Of a stretch of 64,000 bases of DNA, positions 42,312-51,556 are shown one piece after another. The translations under genes were made by a program, and so were the position numbers. Position 1 is the first letter of the stretch, and every line of letters starts with the position of its first letter. Origin of the DNA: Candidatus Pacearchaeota archaeon (GTDB lineage: Archaea; Nanobdellota; Nanobdellia; Pacearchaeales; DTIR01); contig JAGVXL010000001.1 of the NCBI GenBank assembly GCA_018303805.1, forward strand, positions 305,528 to 369,527. Direction: 5' to 3'. The notes under the pieces were generated by a model that was not told the origin of the DNA, did no database searches, and saw only the letters and a program-made list of their open reading frames with translations.

Positions 42312-42592
42312 AAAGTTTGGAAAATCAAAGATGCAGGATTGAGAGATTTGAAGTTGATAAAAGGGGTTATGCAAAAATGACTATAAAAACAAAATCTGGC
42401 GAGTATGGATTCCCATTAAAAAATGAAACAGCCAGAAAGTTATGGCTGGGGGATATCCTAACATGTAAATTAGGGGTATGTTCCAGCCCTGATTTCCTCG
42501 GCGATAGAGTTGAAGACATGAAAGCCGCAACTATGAGCTATGAAATTGCAGAGTTAAAAGATAAAAAAGGAAACATAATTTATAAAAAATGA
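42293..42592 (+). CDS. hypothetical 99-aa protein, ATGA-coupled to the downstream radical SAM gene
   Basis: A clean ORF with no family recognised. Its stop overlaps the radical SAM start at 42589-42592. Confidence 0.55.
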   Translation: MARKLEKSLENQRCRIERFEVDKRGYAKMTIKTKSGEYGFPLKNETARKLWLGDILTCKLGVCSSPDFLGDRVEDMKAATMSYEIAELKDKKGNIIYKK

Positions 42593-44046
42593 AAATCATG
42601 CTTGCCTATCCCCCGATAGAAAGCAACAAAGGCATTCCTCTCTTGAGCCAGAACAGGCAGTTCCAGTTCTTTCACAATCCAACTTATATTTTTCCTGTTG
42701 TGCCTGCAAGTGCTGCAACTTTGCTTCAAAGCAAGGGTTATGAAGTGCTATGGAAGGATGGGATAGCTGAAAATCTCAGCCAAGAGCAGTTTTACAAATA
42801 TTTTTCAGAGCAGAATCCTGATTTAATAGCAATAGAAACAAAAACTCCTGTTATAAAGCAGCAGTGGAAAATTGTTAATGAACTGAAAAAAATCAATCCT
42901 GATTGCAGGATTGTCCTGATGGGTGACCATGTTACAGCATTGCCTCAAGAATCATTAAAAAACAGCAATGCAGATTTTATTCTGCTTGGCGGGGACTATG
43001 ATTTTGCACTTGCTGAATTGTGCGATGCCCTTGAAAACAAAAAGAAAATTCCAAGGGGATTTACATACAGAAAAGGAAAAAAAATTATCTCAACAGGAAA
43101 GTTTCAATTGCAGCATAAATTAGATGAGCTTCCATTTATAGATAGAGAATTAACAAAATGGAAACTTTACCAGAGAGAATACAACATAAAAGGCAGGCCT
43201 TACACCTACATCATGTCTGCAAGAGACTGCCCCTGGCATTCTTGCAAGTTCTGCGCATGGCCTGTTTTGTTTCCAAAATTCAGGACAAGAAGCGTGAAAA
43301 ATGTCTTGGATGAGATAGAACTGCTTGTTGAGAAATATCATGTCAAGGAAATTTTTGATGATGCTGGAACATTTCCTGCCAATCCACCAGGCAAGTGGCT
43401 AGAAGATTTCTGCAAAGGCATGAGAAAAAGAAAGCTAAACGAGAAAATTGATTACTCTTGCAATATGCGTGCGGACTACCTTACTGAAAAAAATGCAAAA
43501 TTGATGTCAGAAGCTGGTTTCCGGCTTTTGAAAATGGGTTTGGAGAGTGCAAATCAATACACCCTGGACAGGATTGACAAAGGGATAAAAGTTGAGCAAA
43601 TCAGCCAGGCATGCAGGGATGCAAAAAAATATGGCTTGACAGTGCATCTGACAATGATTGTGGGGTATCCCTGGGAAACAAGGCAGGACGCATTAAATAC
43701 ATTGAAACTTGCAAAATTTCTCATGCAAAAAGGTTACGCAGATGTTCTGCAATCAACTGTGCTTATATCTTATCCAGGCACAGCATTATGGAAAGAGGCA
43801 ATGCAAAAAAAATGGTTTACAATAAATCCAGAAGATTATGAAAAATATGACATGTCCAAGCCGATATTGAAGACACCGATGCCTGAAGAGGAGGTTATGC
43901 AAATATGCAACAGCATATACCGGATTTTCCTAACACCCCAATATATATACCAAAGAATAAAATCCATAAGGGATTTTGACGACTTGTTGTTCATCCTGCG
44001 AGGGGCAAGGGCAGTTTTTGGGCATCTGCAGGATTTCTCAAGATAA
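42589..44046 (+). CDS. B12-binding-domain (class B) radical SAM enzyme with a CX4CX2C cluster motif
   Basis: N-terminal Rossmann-like B12-type domain (MKIMLAYPP..., DLIAIETKTP). Cluster motif ARDCPWHSCKFCAW at 43228-43254. Confidence 0.75.
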   Translation: MKIMLAYPPIESNKGIPLLSQNRQFQFFHNPTYIFPVVPASAATLLQSKGYEVLWKDGIAENLSQEQFYKYFSEQNPDLIAIETKTPVIKQQWKIVNELKKINPDCRIVLMGDHVTALPQESLKNSNADFILLGGDYDFALAELCDALENKKKIPRGFTYRKGKKIISTGKFQLQHKLDELPFIDRELTKWKLYQREYNIKGRPYTYIMSARDCPWHSCKFCAWPVLFPKFRTRSVKNVLDEIELLVEKYHVKEIFDDAGTFPANPPGKWLEDFCKGMRKRKLNEKIDYSCNMRADYLTEKNAKLMSEAGFRLLKMGLESANQYTLDRIDKGIKVEQISQACRDAKKYGLTVHLTMIVGYPWETRQDALNTLKLAKFLMQKGYADVLQSTVLISYPGTALWKEAMQKKWFTINPEDYEKYDMSKPILKTPMPEEEVMQICNSIYRIFLTPQYIYQRIKSIRDFDDLLFILRGARAVFGHLQDFSR

Positions 44047-44249
44047 TTCTGTAGAGACAATTGATTTCATTTATCAGATTATTTACAAAAATCTCAAAGT
44101 TTGATTCATAGGTTAAGAGGTTACAAACTTTTTCTCCACAATAAGTTATGCCTTTATCATGATTCTTTAAACACCTGCCCTCTTTGCATAAATAAAGATT
44201 ATCAAATTGCTCAAGCTTTTCTTTTTTGCACTTTTCTGCTCGCCTCTTG

Positions 44250-45074
44250 TCAATTACCCTTAATAATCCCATTTTCAGATAAAAAGTTTTTTACTGTGCT
44301 GAACTTATAACATTTTCTTTTTGCCCATCTGATGTAACTATCCAATTTGCCAGATAATATCCTTCCTGTATCCCTTTTTATGTACGCGGGCAATTTGAAA
44401 CCTGAAGAATTCAAATCAACAAACTCCCAAGGATGAAACAGCAGCATTACATACCTTGAATCCAGAAAACACCAATTTGTGCAGAATTTTGAATATGCCA
44501 GGCCAAGATTTCTGAAGGCAAACCAGAAAAGAGGCAGCCTTAATAAAGAAGTAACGGAAATAGGGACTTCAATCAGTTTTCCATGCTTGTGTATTTCCCT
44601 TTCTGTAAAAAAATTGTTATATCTTCCAGGTATGTAAGTTGGATGCAGTGAGGAGTCATATTTAATTCCAATGGTGGGCAGCAGTTTTATTTTTTTAATG
44701 TGGAATCGTGGAGCCCTAAAGCCAATAACATTCTTGCCAATAATTTTTTCTACAAGCTTTTTGCCCCTGCTTAATCTTTTTAATGCTAAATCTTCTTTCA
44801 TATGCCTGTAATCATCACTATGCATTAAACCATGCAGGGCTATTTCATGTTTTTTGCTTAATTGTTTTACCAGTTTCTTGTTTGCAAGGGCGAATTTTGC
44901 GGTAACAAAAAAAGTTGCTATAACTTGTTGTTTATTAAGAATTTTAAGCAAATTTTTCAAGCCATTTCTTGAAATTCCAATTTGTTCTTTGTCAGAAATT
45001 TCTTCATGATACTCAAGAGGCAAATCAAACTCCTCCAAATCAAATGTAAGCAGGATATTTTTTGTTTTTTTCAT
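44250..45074 (-). CDS. polysaccharide deacetylase-like (CE4/NodB-related) protein
   Basis: ILLTFDLEEFD N-terminal motif, HGLMHSD His pair, and GFRAPRF segment. Confidence 0.65.
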   Translation of the reverse strand: MKKTKNILLTFDLEEFDLPLEYHEEISDKEQIGISRNGLKNLLKILNKQQVIATFFVTAKFALANKKLVKQLSKKHEIALHGLMHSDDYRHMKEDLALKRLSRGKKLVEKIIGKNVIGFRAPRFHIKKIKLLPTIGIKYDSSLHPTYIPGRYNNFFTEREIHKHGKLIEVPISVTSLLRLPLFWFAFRNLGLAYSKFCTNWCFLDSRYVMLLFHPWEFVDLNSSGFKLPAYIKRDTGRILSGKLDSYIRWAKRKCYKFSTVKNFLSENGIIKGN

Positions 45075-45076
45075 TT

Positions 45077-46513
45077 TTAAATTCTTTCCAGATTATACTT
45101 GTTTATTGTGAATCTCCAGGCATTATCTATCTCTAGATTATATTTTGGCTTGTAATAAACCAAAAAAACAAGCAAGTCCCACAAAAAGATAATATTCTTC
45201 TTTTTCAAGCCCTCAATCAGATACCTCTTTATCTGCTCATTCCTTATTCCCCCCACAAAATTTTGAATCTGCTCTCTTGTTGCATATTTAGTTCTTGCAA
45301 CTGGTTTCGTGTACATCACATGGGAATCTTTAAATCCGCTTTCTTCTATCAGCCCCTCTTTTTCACATACCTCTTTTATTTCAGTGCATGGCAGCGGCAT
45401 TAATATGGGGAAAAGCTCGTAATCTGCGCCAGAATTTTTAGCCATTGCAAAACTTTCCCGCATCATCTCAATTGTTTCGTATGGCGCCCCGATTATAAAC
45501 TGCAGCCTCAAATTCAAGCCGTATTTCTTGATTATTCCGATTGCATCGTATATCTGCTCCCTGCTCATGTTCCTTTTGTATACAACATTTCTTATGTAAT
45601 CATTTCCCGCCTCAACGCCCATCCTCACCTCATAACAACCGGCATCTTTCATTGCTTTGATAATTTCTTCAGTAACAAGATTTGCCCTGACATTAACATT
45701 CCACTTTAATACCTTATCGTATCCTTTTTCCTTGTATTTCCTGCAAAATTCAAGAATATAGTTCCTGTCAAGAATGAATGTATCATCATAAAAAAATAGG
45801 TATCTCAAGCCCTTGCTGCGGTACTGCTTAATTCTCAGCCCTACTTCCTGCATAACATTGTCAACACTCCGGGATCTTACATATTTTCCCTCTAATTTTT
45901 TTCTTAAGGCATGATTGCTGCAATACGTGCAGTTATACGGGCATCCTCTTGCAGCCATTATAGGCAGGTGCCGGTTATTTATCAGAAAATATTTCTCAAG
46001 TTCAAAATCATCCCAATCAGGAAAGGGAAGTTCATCAAGATTCTCTGCAAGCCTTCTCGTTTTATTCTTGATTATTTTTCCATCCTTTTTATACCATATT
46101 CCTTCTATTCCCTTGGAATCAAGATTGTTATCCAGCAGTTCCTTTATTGTATACTCCCCTTCGCAGATGCAGACAATGTCTACCTGCTCATTTTTTATAA
46201 CCTCTTCTGGCATCAATATTGTATGAACCCCCCCGAACATTATTTTGATATTATAATTTTTCTTGACAAATGAAGCAATATCCAAAGCCTGACTGTAATT
46301 AAAACTTAATATGGAAATGCCTATCAAATCAGGCTTCTCTGCCTCTATTCTCTCGCTGAGATAATCCCGCCAATTCTTCCTATGAAATGTCAAGTCAACT
46401 ATCCTTGCCTTGTGCTTTGTTTTTTCATTTATGAATGATTTTAAAACAGCGAGAGACATTGTCGGGATTAGTATCTCTCCTTCTATATTTGGCTCTATCA
46501 GCAGAACTTTCAT
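45077..46513 (-). CDS. B12-binding-domain (class B) radical SAM enzyme
   Basis: N-terminal MKVLLIEPN...DLIGISILS B12-type domain. Canonical cluster motif ARGCPYNCTYCS. Confidence 0.8.
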   Translation of the reverse strand: MKVLLIEPNIEGEILIPTMSLAVLKSFINEKTKHKARIVDLTFHRKNWRDYLSERIEAEKPDLIGISILSFNYSQALDIASFVKKNYNIKIMFGGVHTILMPEEVIKNEQVDIVCICEGEYTIKELLDNNLDSKGIEGIWYKKDGKIIKNKTRRLAENLDELPFPDWDDFELEKYFLINNRHLPIMAARGCPYNCTYCSNHALRKKLEGKYVRSRSVDNVMQEVGLRIKQYRSKGLRYLFFYDDTFILDRNYILEFCRKYKEKGYDKVLKWNVNVRANLVTEEIIKAMKDAGCYEVRMGVEAGNDYIRNVVYKRNMSREQIYDAIGIIKKYGLNLRLQFIIGAPYETIEMMRESFAMAKNSGADYELFPILMPLPCTEIKEVCEKEGLIEESGFKDSHVMYTKPVARTKYATREQIQNFVGGIRNEQIKRYLIEGLKKKNIIFLWDLLVFLVYYKPKYNLEIDNAWRFTINKYNLERI

Positions 46514-46522
46514 TTTAACTTA

Positions 46523-47263
46523 TTAAGATGCCTTGCTCCATAGTTTAAGCATCCTCCAAAACATTCCCGGGATAAACTTGAGGCGGAAAGTGCTGAATGG
46601 GGATATCTTTGCAAGAGGCACATAAACTTCCTTGACAATAAAACCTTTTCTCTTAAGCTTGTAAAGCAGCTCAACATCAAAATCAAATCCTGTGCAGACA
46701 AAATTTTTGTCTATGGCATCAAACGCTTTCTTCTTCAGGAATTTGCATCCCGCCTGAGTGTCATGAAACCTCATCTGCAAAAGGAACAGTGTCAGAGCCT
46801 TCCAGCCGACTGCAAGAACTTTTCTTGTTAACGGCTCTGGAATTTTAAGAACATGCCTATCAAGCCATTTCGAAGCTATAACGCAATCATGCCTGTCAAG
46901 CTGCTTAAGCATGCCTGCAACAGCATTCAAATCAAAAACGCAGTCAGCATCCATGAAACCAATTATCCTGTATTTCGCAGATTTAAACCCCTTTAATATT
47001 GCATAGCCCTTGCCCCTCTCTTTTATGCTTACAACCCTGACATGCTTGTTCTGTCTAGCCGTTCTCCTCGCAAGTTGTTCAGTATTGTCGGTGCATGCAT
47101 TGCACACAACAATAATCTCATATTTTGCTGAGAGTTTGGAAAGAAAAATAGAATATTTTTTGATGCTTCTTGCTATCACCATACCAGAATTATGCGCAGG
47201 CACAACAAGTGAAATTCCCGGATTATTCTCCCTTCCCTTGAGCCCTTTCCCCGCCTTGTTCAT
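46523..47263 (-). CDS. GT2 polyprenyl/dolichyl-phosphate glycosyltransferase (Dpm1/GtrB-like)
   Basis: ISLVVPAHN start, FMDADCVFD (DxD motif), and a size of 246 aa typical of the Dpm1/GtrB group. Confidence 0.7.
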   Translation of the reverse strand: MNKAGKGLKGRENNPGISLVVPAHNSGMVIARSIKKYSIFLSKLSAKYEIIVVCNACTDNTEQLARRTARQNKHVRVVSIKERGKGYAILKGFKSAKYRIIGFMDADCVFDLNAVAGMLKQLDRHDCVIASKWLDRHVLKIPEPLTRKVLAVGWKALTLFLLQMRFHDTQAGCKFLKKKAFDAIDKNFVCTGFDFDVELLYKLKRKGFIVKEVYVPLAKISPFSTFRLKFIPGMFWRMLKLWSKAS

Positions 47264-47431
47264 TGCAAATCTAAAATCCTTTTATTTTTAAATATGCTTC
47301 TTAAACAAAAAGCTTTCTTTGAAAGAAACAAAAAGGTGCCTCCTGAATTAAACCATAAGCTTTTTATTCTCTTTTTTGCTTGCATCATAAACTTTTAGAA
47401 AAAGTTTAATCAAAAGGAGAAAAACTGAAAA

Positions 47432-48379
47432 ATGAAGCTGGACAAATTATTTCCGGTTATAGGCATACTGCTTTTTGCTTATATAGTCATAAGAATAAGC
47501 CCGGCTAAAATTTGGTTCAGCCTTGTTAATTCTGACTTTCGCTATATCCTATTAGCCTTATTGCTGTTTGTGCCTATCCCCCTGCTGCAGGCAGCCAAAT
47601 GGGGCTATATTCTCCAGAAACAGGGAATAAAAGTGAAATTCAAGAATTTGCTCAGATTGCAGCTTATAAGCATGTTTTATGGGGAAGTCACGCCAGGCAG
47701 GCTGGGGACATTAATAAAGATACCTTACTTATGCAAAGAAACAAAGAAGCCGGCTTCAGAATGCAGTTCAAGCGTTATCATCGACAGATTATTTGATTTA
47801 GTGTCTGTGGCGTTATTTGCCGCGCTCGGGGCAATGCTGGTATTAAGAAAATTCGCCGGTTTCTTCTATTTTTCCTTGGCGGTATTTTTCGGCTTGCTAA
47901 TCGCAATGTTTATTTTCACAAATAAAAAAACAAGCCAGATTATGCTGAGAATTATTTTCAGGTTTCTTGTCCCTGAAAAATTCAAGGAAAAAGCAAGGAT
48001 ATCATTTGACAGATTCTATGGAAATTTACCCCCATTAACCAAATTAATCCCGGCATTTTTGATTACACTGCTTGTCTGGTCTATAATTTATACCCAATCA
48101 TACCTGGTTGCCCTTGCTTTCTCGGTAAAAGTCCCTTATTTATACTTCATAACAACTTTTGCCATAGTCACTGTTATCAGCCTTGTTCCTATTACCCTCG
48201 CAGGGTTAGGCACAAGGGAAGCAACGCTTCTGACATTACTCAGTCCATATGCCCTTTTGCCTGAGAAGATTGTTGGATTTTCAATATTATTAAGTGTAAT
48301 CTCCATTATTATCTACTCACTCGCTGGTTTATGGTTCATATTCAAAATCAAAAAGAAAAAAATTGCAAGGAATAAATAA
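47432..48379 (+). CDS. flippase-like membrane protein (UPF0104 / LPG-synthase TM-domain family)
   Basis: A multi-TM protein with the TPGRLGTLIK and LAGLGTREA motifs typical of this family. Confidence 0.65.
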   Translation: MKLDKLFPVIGILLFAYIVIRISPAKIWFSLVNSDFRYILLALLLFVPIPLLQAAKWGYILQKQGIKVKFKNLLRLQLISMFYGEVTPGRLGTLIKIPYLCKETKKPASECSSSVIIDRLFDLVSVALFAALGAMLVLRKFAGFFYFSLAVFFGLLIAMFIFTNKKTSQIMLRIIFRFLVPEKFKEKARISFDRFYGNLPPLTKLIPAFLITLLVWSIIYTQSYLVALAFSVKVPYLYFITTFAIVTVISLVPITLAGLGTREATLLTLLSPYALLPEKIVGFSILLSVISIIIYSLAGLWFIFKIKKKKIARNK

Positions 48380-48388
48380 AAAACGAAG

Positions 48389-49222
48389 ATGATTAAAAAT
48401 AAAAGCAGAACAGGGAAACTCGTTTCGGTAATAGTGCCAACAAAAAATTCTGAGGCAGCAATAAAAAGATGCCTTGTTTCCATAAAAAACCAGACATACA
48501 GGCAAAGGGAGATAATTGTTATTGACAACAACAGCGCTGACAAAACAAAGGAAATTGCAAGAAAATATGCTCGAGTATACAATAAAGGGCCTGAAAGAAA
48601 TGCGCAAAGGAATTTTGGTGCAAAGATAGCTAAGGGGAATTATCTGTTTTTTGCTGATTCAGACATGGAATTGACGCCAAGAATAGTGGAGGAATGCGCC
48701 AGATTAAGCAGAAAATATGATGCAATAATAATAGAGGAAAATAATATCGGCTCTACATTCTGGGCTAGGTGCAGGACATTCGAGAAAAAAACATACATAG
48801 GAGACGAGGATATTGTTGCTGCAAGGTTCTTCAGAAAACAGGTTTTCAAGGAAGCGGGGGGTTATGATGAAAACCTCTTAGTGAATGAAGACATCTCCCT
48901 GCACCAGACAATCAAAAACAAGGGCTATAAGATTGGCAGGATAAAATCATTCATAAATCATTATGAAGATGACACATTTCTTGATGTTATCCGCAGTTCA
49001 TTTTTCTATGGCAAGTCCCTCCACAAGTTCATGAAAAAACACCCTGTTTACGGCATCAAATACAACACCCTTGCAAGATTCAAGGCCTATGCAAGGAACT
49101 GGAGATTATTCCTGAAAGAGCCAATCTATGGCATTGGCTCAATCATCAGAAAATTCCTAGAATATCTTTTTGCATTTTTAGGAATGATATATGCATTGCT
49201 CTTTGAGCGAGGCAAAAAATAA
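48389..49222 (+). CDS. family 2 glycosyltransferase
   Basis: VSVIVPTKNSE start, VIDNNSADKT segment, and FFADSDMEL (DxD motif). Confidence 0.8.
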   Translation: MIKNKSRTGKLVSVIVPTKNSEAAIKRCLVSIKNQTYRQREIIVIDNNSADKTKEIARKYARVYNKGPERNAQRNFGAKIAKGNYLFFADSDMELTPRIVEECARLSRKYDAIIIEENNIGSTFWARCRTFEKKTYIGDEDIVAARFFRKQVFKEAGGYDENLLVNEDISLHQTIKNKGYKIGRIKSFINHYEDDTFLDVIRSSFFYGKSLHKFMKKHPVYGIKYNTLARFKAYARNWRLFLKEPIYGIGSIIRKFLEYLFAFLGMIYALLFERGKK

Positions 49223-49348
49223 ACAAATTATTAAAATAATCCAAAAGCAAGAAAAAATAAGCACAAGTTAAAAGCAAAAAAAATAATATCCAAATTAATG
49301 GCACAACCTAAAAATGAAAAAGCAACCAAATAATCTCAAAACAAGAAA

Positions 49349-50419
49349 ATGAAAAAATATAACTCTATTTTGGCAGGGTTTTTGCATAATTATCCCTCCT
49401 ACCTTATTTTCTTTGTCACGGCAAGATGCAATTCAAAATGCAGGATGTGCTTCTACTGGAAGGAAATAGAAAAGGCAAAAAACAAGAAAGAACTGTCAAT
49501 AAAAGAAATAGAAAAAATAACAAAGCACTTTAAAACCCTGCCTTATGTTTCCCTGGGCGGAGGCGAGCCTTTCCTTAGGCAGGATATAGATAAAATATGC
49601 TGCTTATTTTACAAAAATTGCAATGCAAGATTCATTAATATCCCTACAAATGGCATTCTAACATCAACGATAAGCGCAAAAGCAAAGAACATTCTTGAAA
49701 AATGCCCTGAAGCGCAATTGAACATAGATTTGTCAATTGACGGCATCGGCAGATTGCATGACAAGATAAGGGGTGTGAAGGGCAATTTTGAGATGGCTAT
49801 GAAAACATATCAGGAACTTGACAAATTAAGAAAAAAATTCCCCAATCTTTCAATAAATGTCCTGACAGTATTTTCAACATACAATCAAGACAAAATATCA
49901 GAGATTATAGATTATATCAAAAGAAATCTTGATGTAAACAGCCACAGAATCGGGCTGGCAAGAACTGACAGCAGGGAGCAGAAAGCCAAGGAAGTTTCAA
50001 TACAGCAATACAAAAAATGCATTGATATCCTAAACAGGACAAAAAAGGCAAGCAGGGGATTTTTTGCAAGAATATTAAGAGGCGTATATGAAACATCTGC
50101 TGAAATAGCATATAAAACAGGAAAAAACAATAGGGCATGCCTGCAATGCGTGGCAGGAAAAAAACTTATTGTAATGAGTGAAGAAGGAAATATCTACCCT
50201 TGCGAGTTATTAAGCAAAAAGATAGGCAACATAAGGGATTATGATTATGATATCGGCAAGCTTCTTTCAAGCAAAACTGCCAAGGAAACAAGAAAATTCA
50301 TAAAAGAGACAAAATGCTTCTGCACCTGGGAGTGCGGCATAATGAACAGCCTGTTTTTCAACCCAAAATTTTATCCTAAAATTTTGAAAAATGCATTAAA
50401 ACAAGCAAAAACAAAATAG
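49349..50419 (+). CDS. radical SAM enzyme with a SPASM/twitch-like C-terminal Cys-rich domain
   Basis: Cluster motif ARCNSKCRMCFYW, the GGGEPFLRQD segment, and C-terminal cysteines (CLQCVAG...YPCELL...CFCTWECG). Confidence 0.75.
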   Translation: MKKYNSILAGFLHNYPSYLIFFVTARCNSKCRMCFYWKEIEKAKNKKELSIKEIEKITKHFKTLPYVSLGGGEPFLRQDIDKICCLFYKNCNARFINIPTNGILTSTISAKAKNILEKCPEAQLNIDLSIDGIGRLHDKIRGVKGNFEMAMKTYQELDKLRKKFPNLSINVLTVFSTYNQDKISEIIDYIKRNLDVNSHRIGLARTDSREQKAKEVSIQQYKKCIDILNRTKKASRGFFARILRGVYETSAEIAYKTGKNNRACLQCVAGKKLIVMSEEGNIYPCELLSKKIGNIRDYDYDIGKLLSSKTAKETRKFIKETKCFCTWECGIMNSLFFNPKFYPKILKNALKQAKTK

Positions 50420-50459
50420 CATAAGCAGGATTATGGTTAAATAAATTATGATTAATCTT

Positions 50460-51068
50460 TTATTTATCATTTTTTATCCCCCTATTAGAAATAATTATGT
50501 GTAAAAAAAGAATGATTATACCTAAAATTAGCGGAAAGATTATAAAAAATATATCACTCCATTTATCCAACTTGGGGGCAATATCTATGAATGATGAAAG
50601 AATTGAAATAATTAAAATAATTCCAAAAAATAAACCTAAAAATGAAAGAATTTTCTTAAATAAATCTTTTTTGATTAATAACTTTTTATGAATAATAAAG
50701 ATTGTATATAAAATTGTAAATTGAAATGGTAAGAGGATAGTCATAATTCCTTCATAAAGAAAAGAGGAATATGTGGCTTTTCCCTTAATTGCAGCATAAA
50801 CCCAAAAACTATCTGCTAGTATTGGACTAATTAATAAATAGAGTAGATTAATAAATAAATTATTTAAGAACAGTGCCCTTTTCCCAATCAATATTATTAT
50901 GAAAAGAGGGATCAATGTCAGAAGAGAAAGTATAACCGCTTCAAAAGGATTTCCAAAATAAGTAAAAAAAATAAAAACAGGAAAAAAGAGGGCTCCTGTA
51001 ACAATTAAAGCTGTCTTAAAACTTATTTTCCACTTTTCTTGGTTTGTCAGTTTTGTATTTTTTATCAT
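50460..51068 (-). CDS. hypothetical polytopic membrane protein
   Basis: 202 aa, almost entirely hydrophobic helices. No family recognised. Confidence 0.6.
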   Translation of the reverse strand: MIKNTKLTNQEKWKISFKTALIVTGALFFPVFIFFTYFGNPFEAVILSLLTLIPLFIIILIGKRALFLNNLFINLLYLLISPILADSFWVYAAIKGKATYSSFLYEGIMTILLPFQFTILYTIFIIHKKLLIKKDLFKKILSFLGLFFGIILIISILSSFIDIAPKLDKWSDIFFIIFPLILGIIILFLHIIISNRGIKNDK

Positions 51069-51071
51069 TTT

Positions 51072-51533
51072 TTAAACCGCCTCTATTTCTCTAGGATTTG
51101 TGCCCTTCTCATCTCTAGCCCATTCTCCAATTCCTTTTTCAATTATATATGAAGAAATTTTATCTTCTGCTAAAATATCGCCTATCCACTTAACGCCTAC
51201 AAGATTAACTGCTTGTCTTGGAGTTATCTTATCAAGAGAAACAAACCATGCTTTGTTAGGAATATAATCTAACAACTTAATACCAGCATTTTCAAGTGCT
51301 TTTCTCTCCCCAATTATTGGGAAATTTTCTAATTGGATTAGAAAATGTTTATTAGTTAAGGAAGAAAAGAAAGATACATCATATTCTTTATCTGGAGTAA
51401 ATTGTCTTGATTTCAAAAGAATATTATTGGGGGTTGGTTGTTTATTCACTGATATTGCTGTTACAAAAATATTAAATTCTATAAGAAACAATATCCCTAC
51501 TAAAATTAAGAATAACATCTTATAATTCTTCAT
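51072..51533 (-). CDS. small secreted or anchored protein with a subtilase-propeptide-like (I9-like) pattern
   Basis: N-terminal signal/TM. The segment FLIQLENFPIIGERKALENAGIKLLDYIPNKAWFVSL...VKWIGDILAEDKIS resembles beta-alpha-beta propeptide domains. This is a weak call from memory. Confidence 0.5.
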   Translation of the reverse strand: MKNYKMLFLILVGILFLIEFNIFVTAISVNKQPTPNNILLKSRQFTPDKEYDVSFFSSLTNKHFLIQLENFPIIGERKALENAGIKLLDYIPNKAWFVSLDKITPRQAVNLVGVKWIGDILAEDKISSYIIEKGIGEWARDEKGTNPREIEAV

Positions 51534-51556
51534 TTTTTAATAATTTAAGGAGAGAT

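Noticed and set aside
43991-44272. 93-aa minus-strand ORF between the radical SAM gene and the deacetylase gene
   Set aside because: It overlaps both neighbours, by 56 nt with the convergent radical SAM 3' end and by 23 nt with the deacetylase 3' end. It has no recognisable family or start context. It could still be a real small gene, but I cannot support it.
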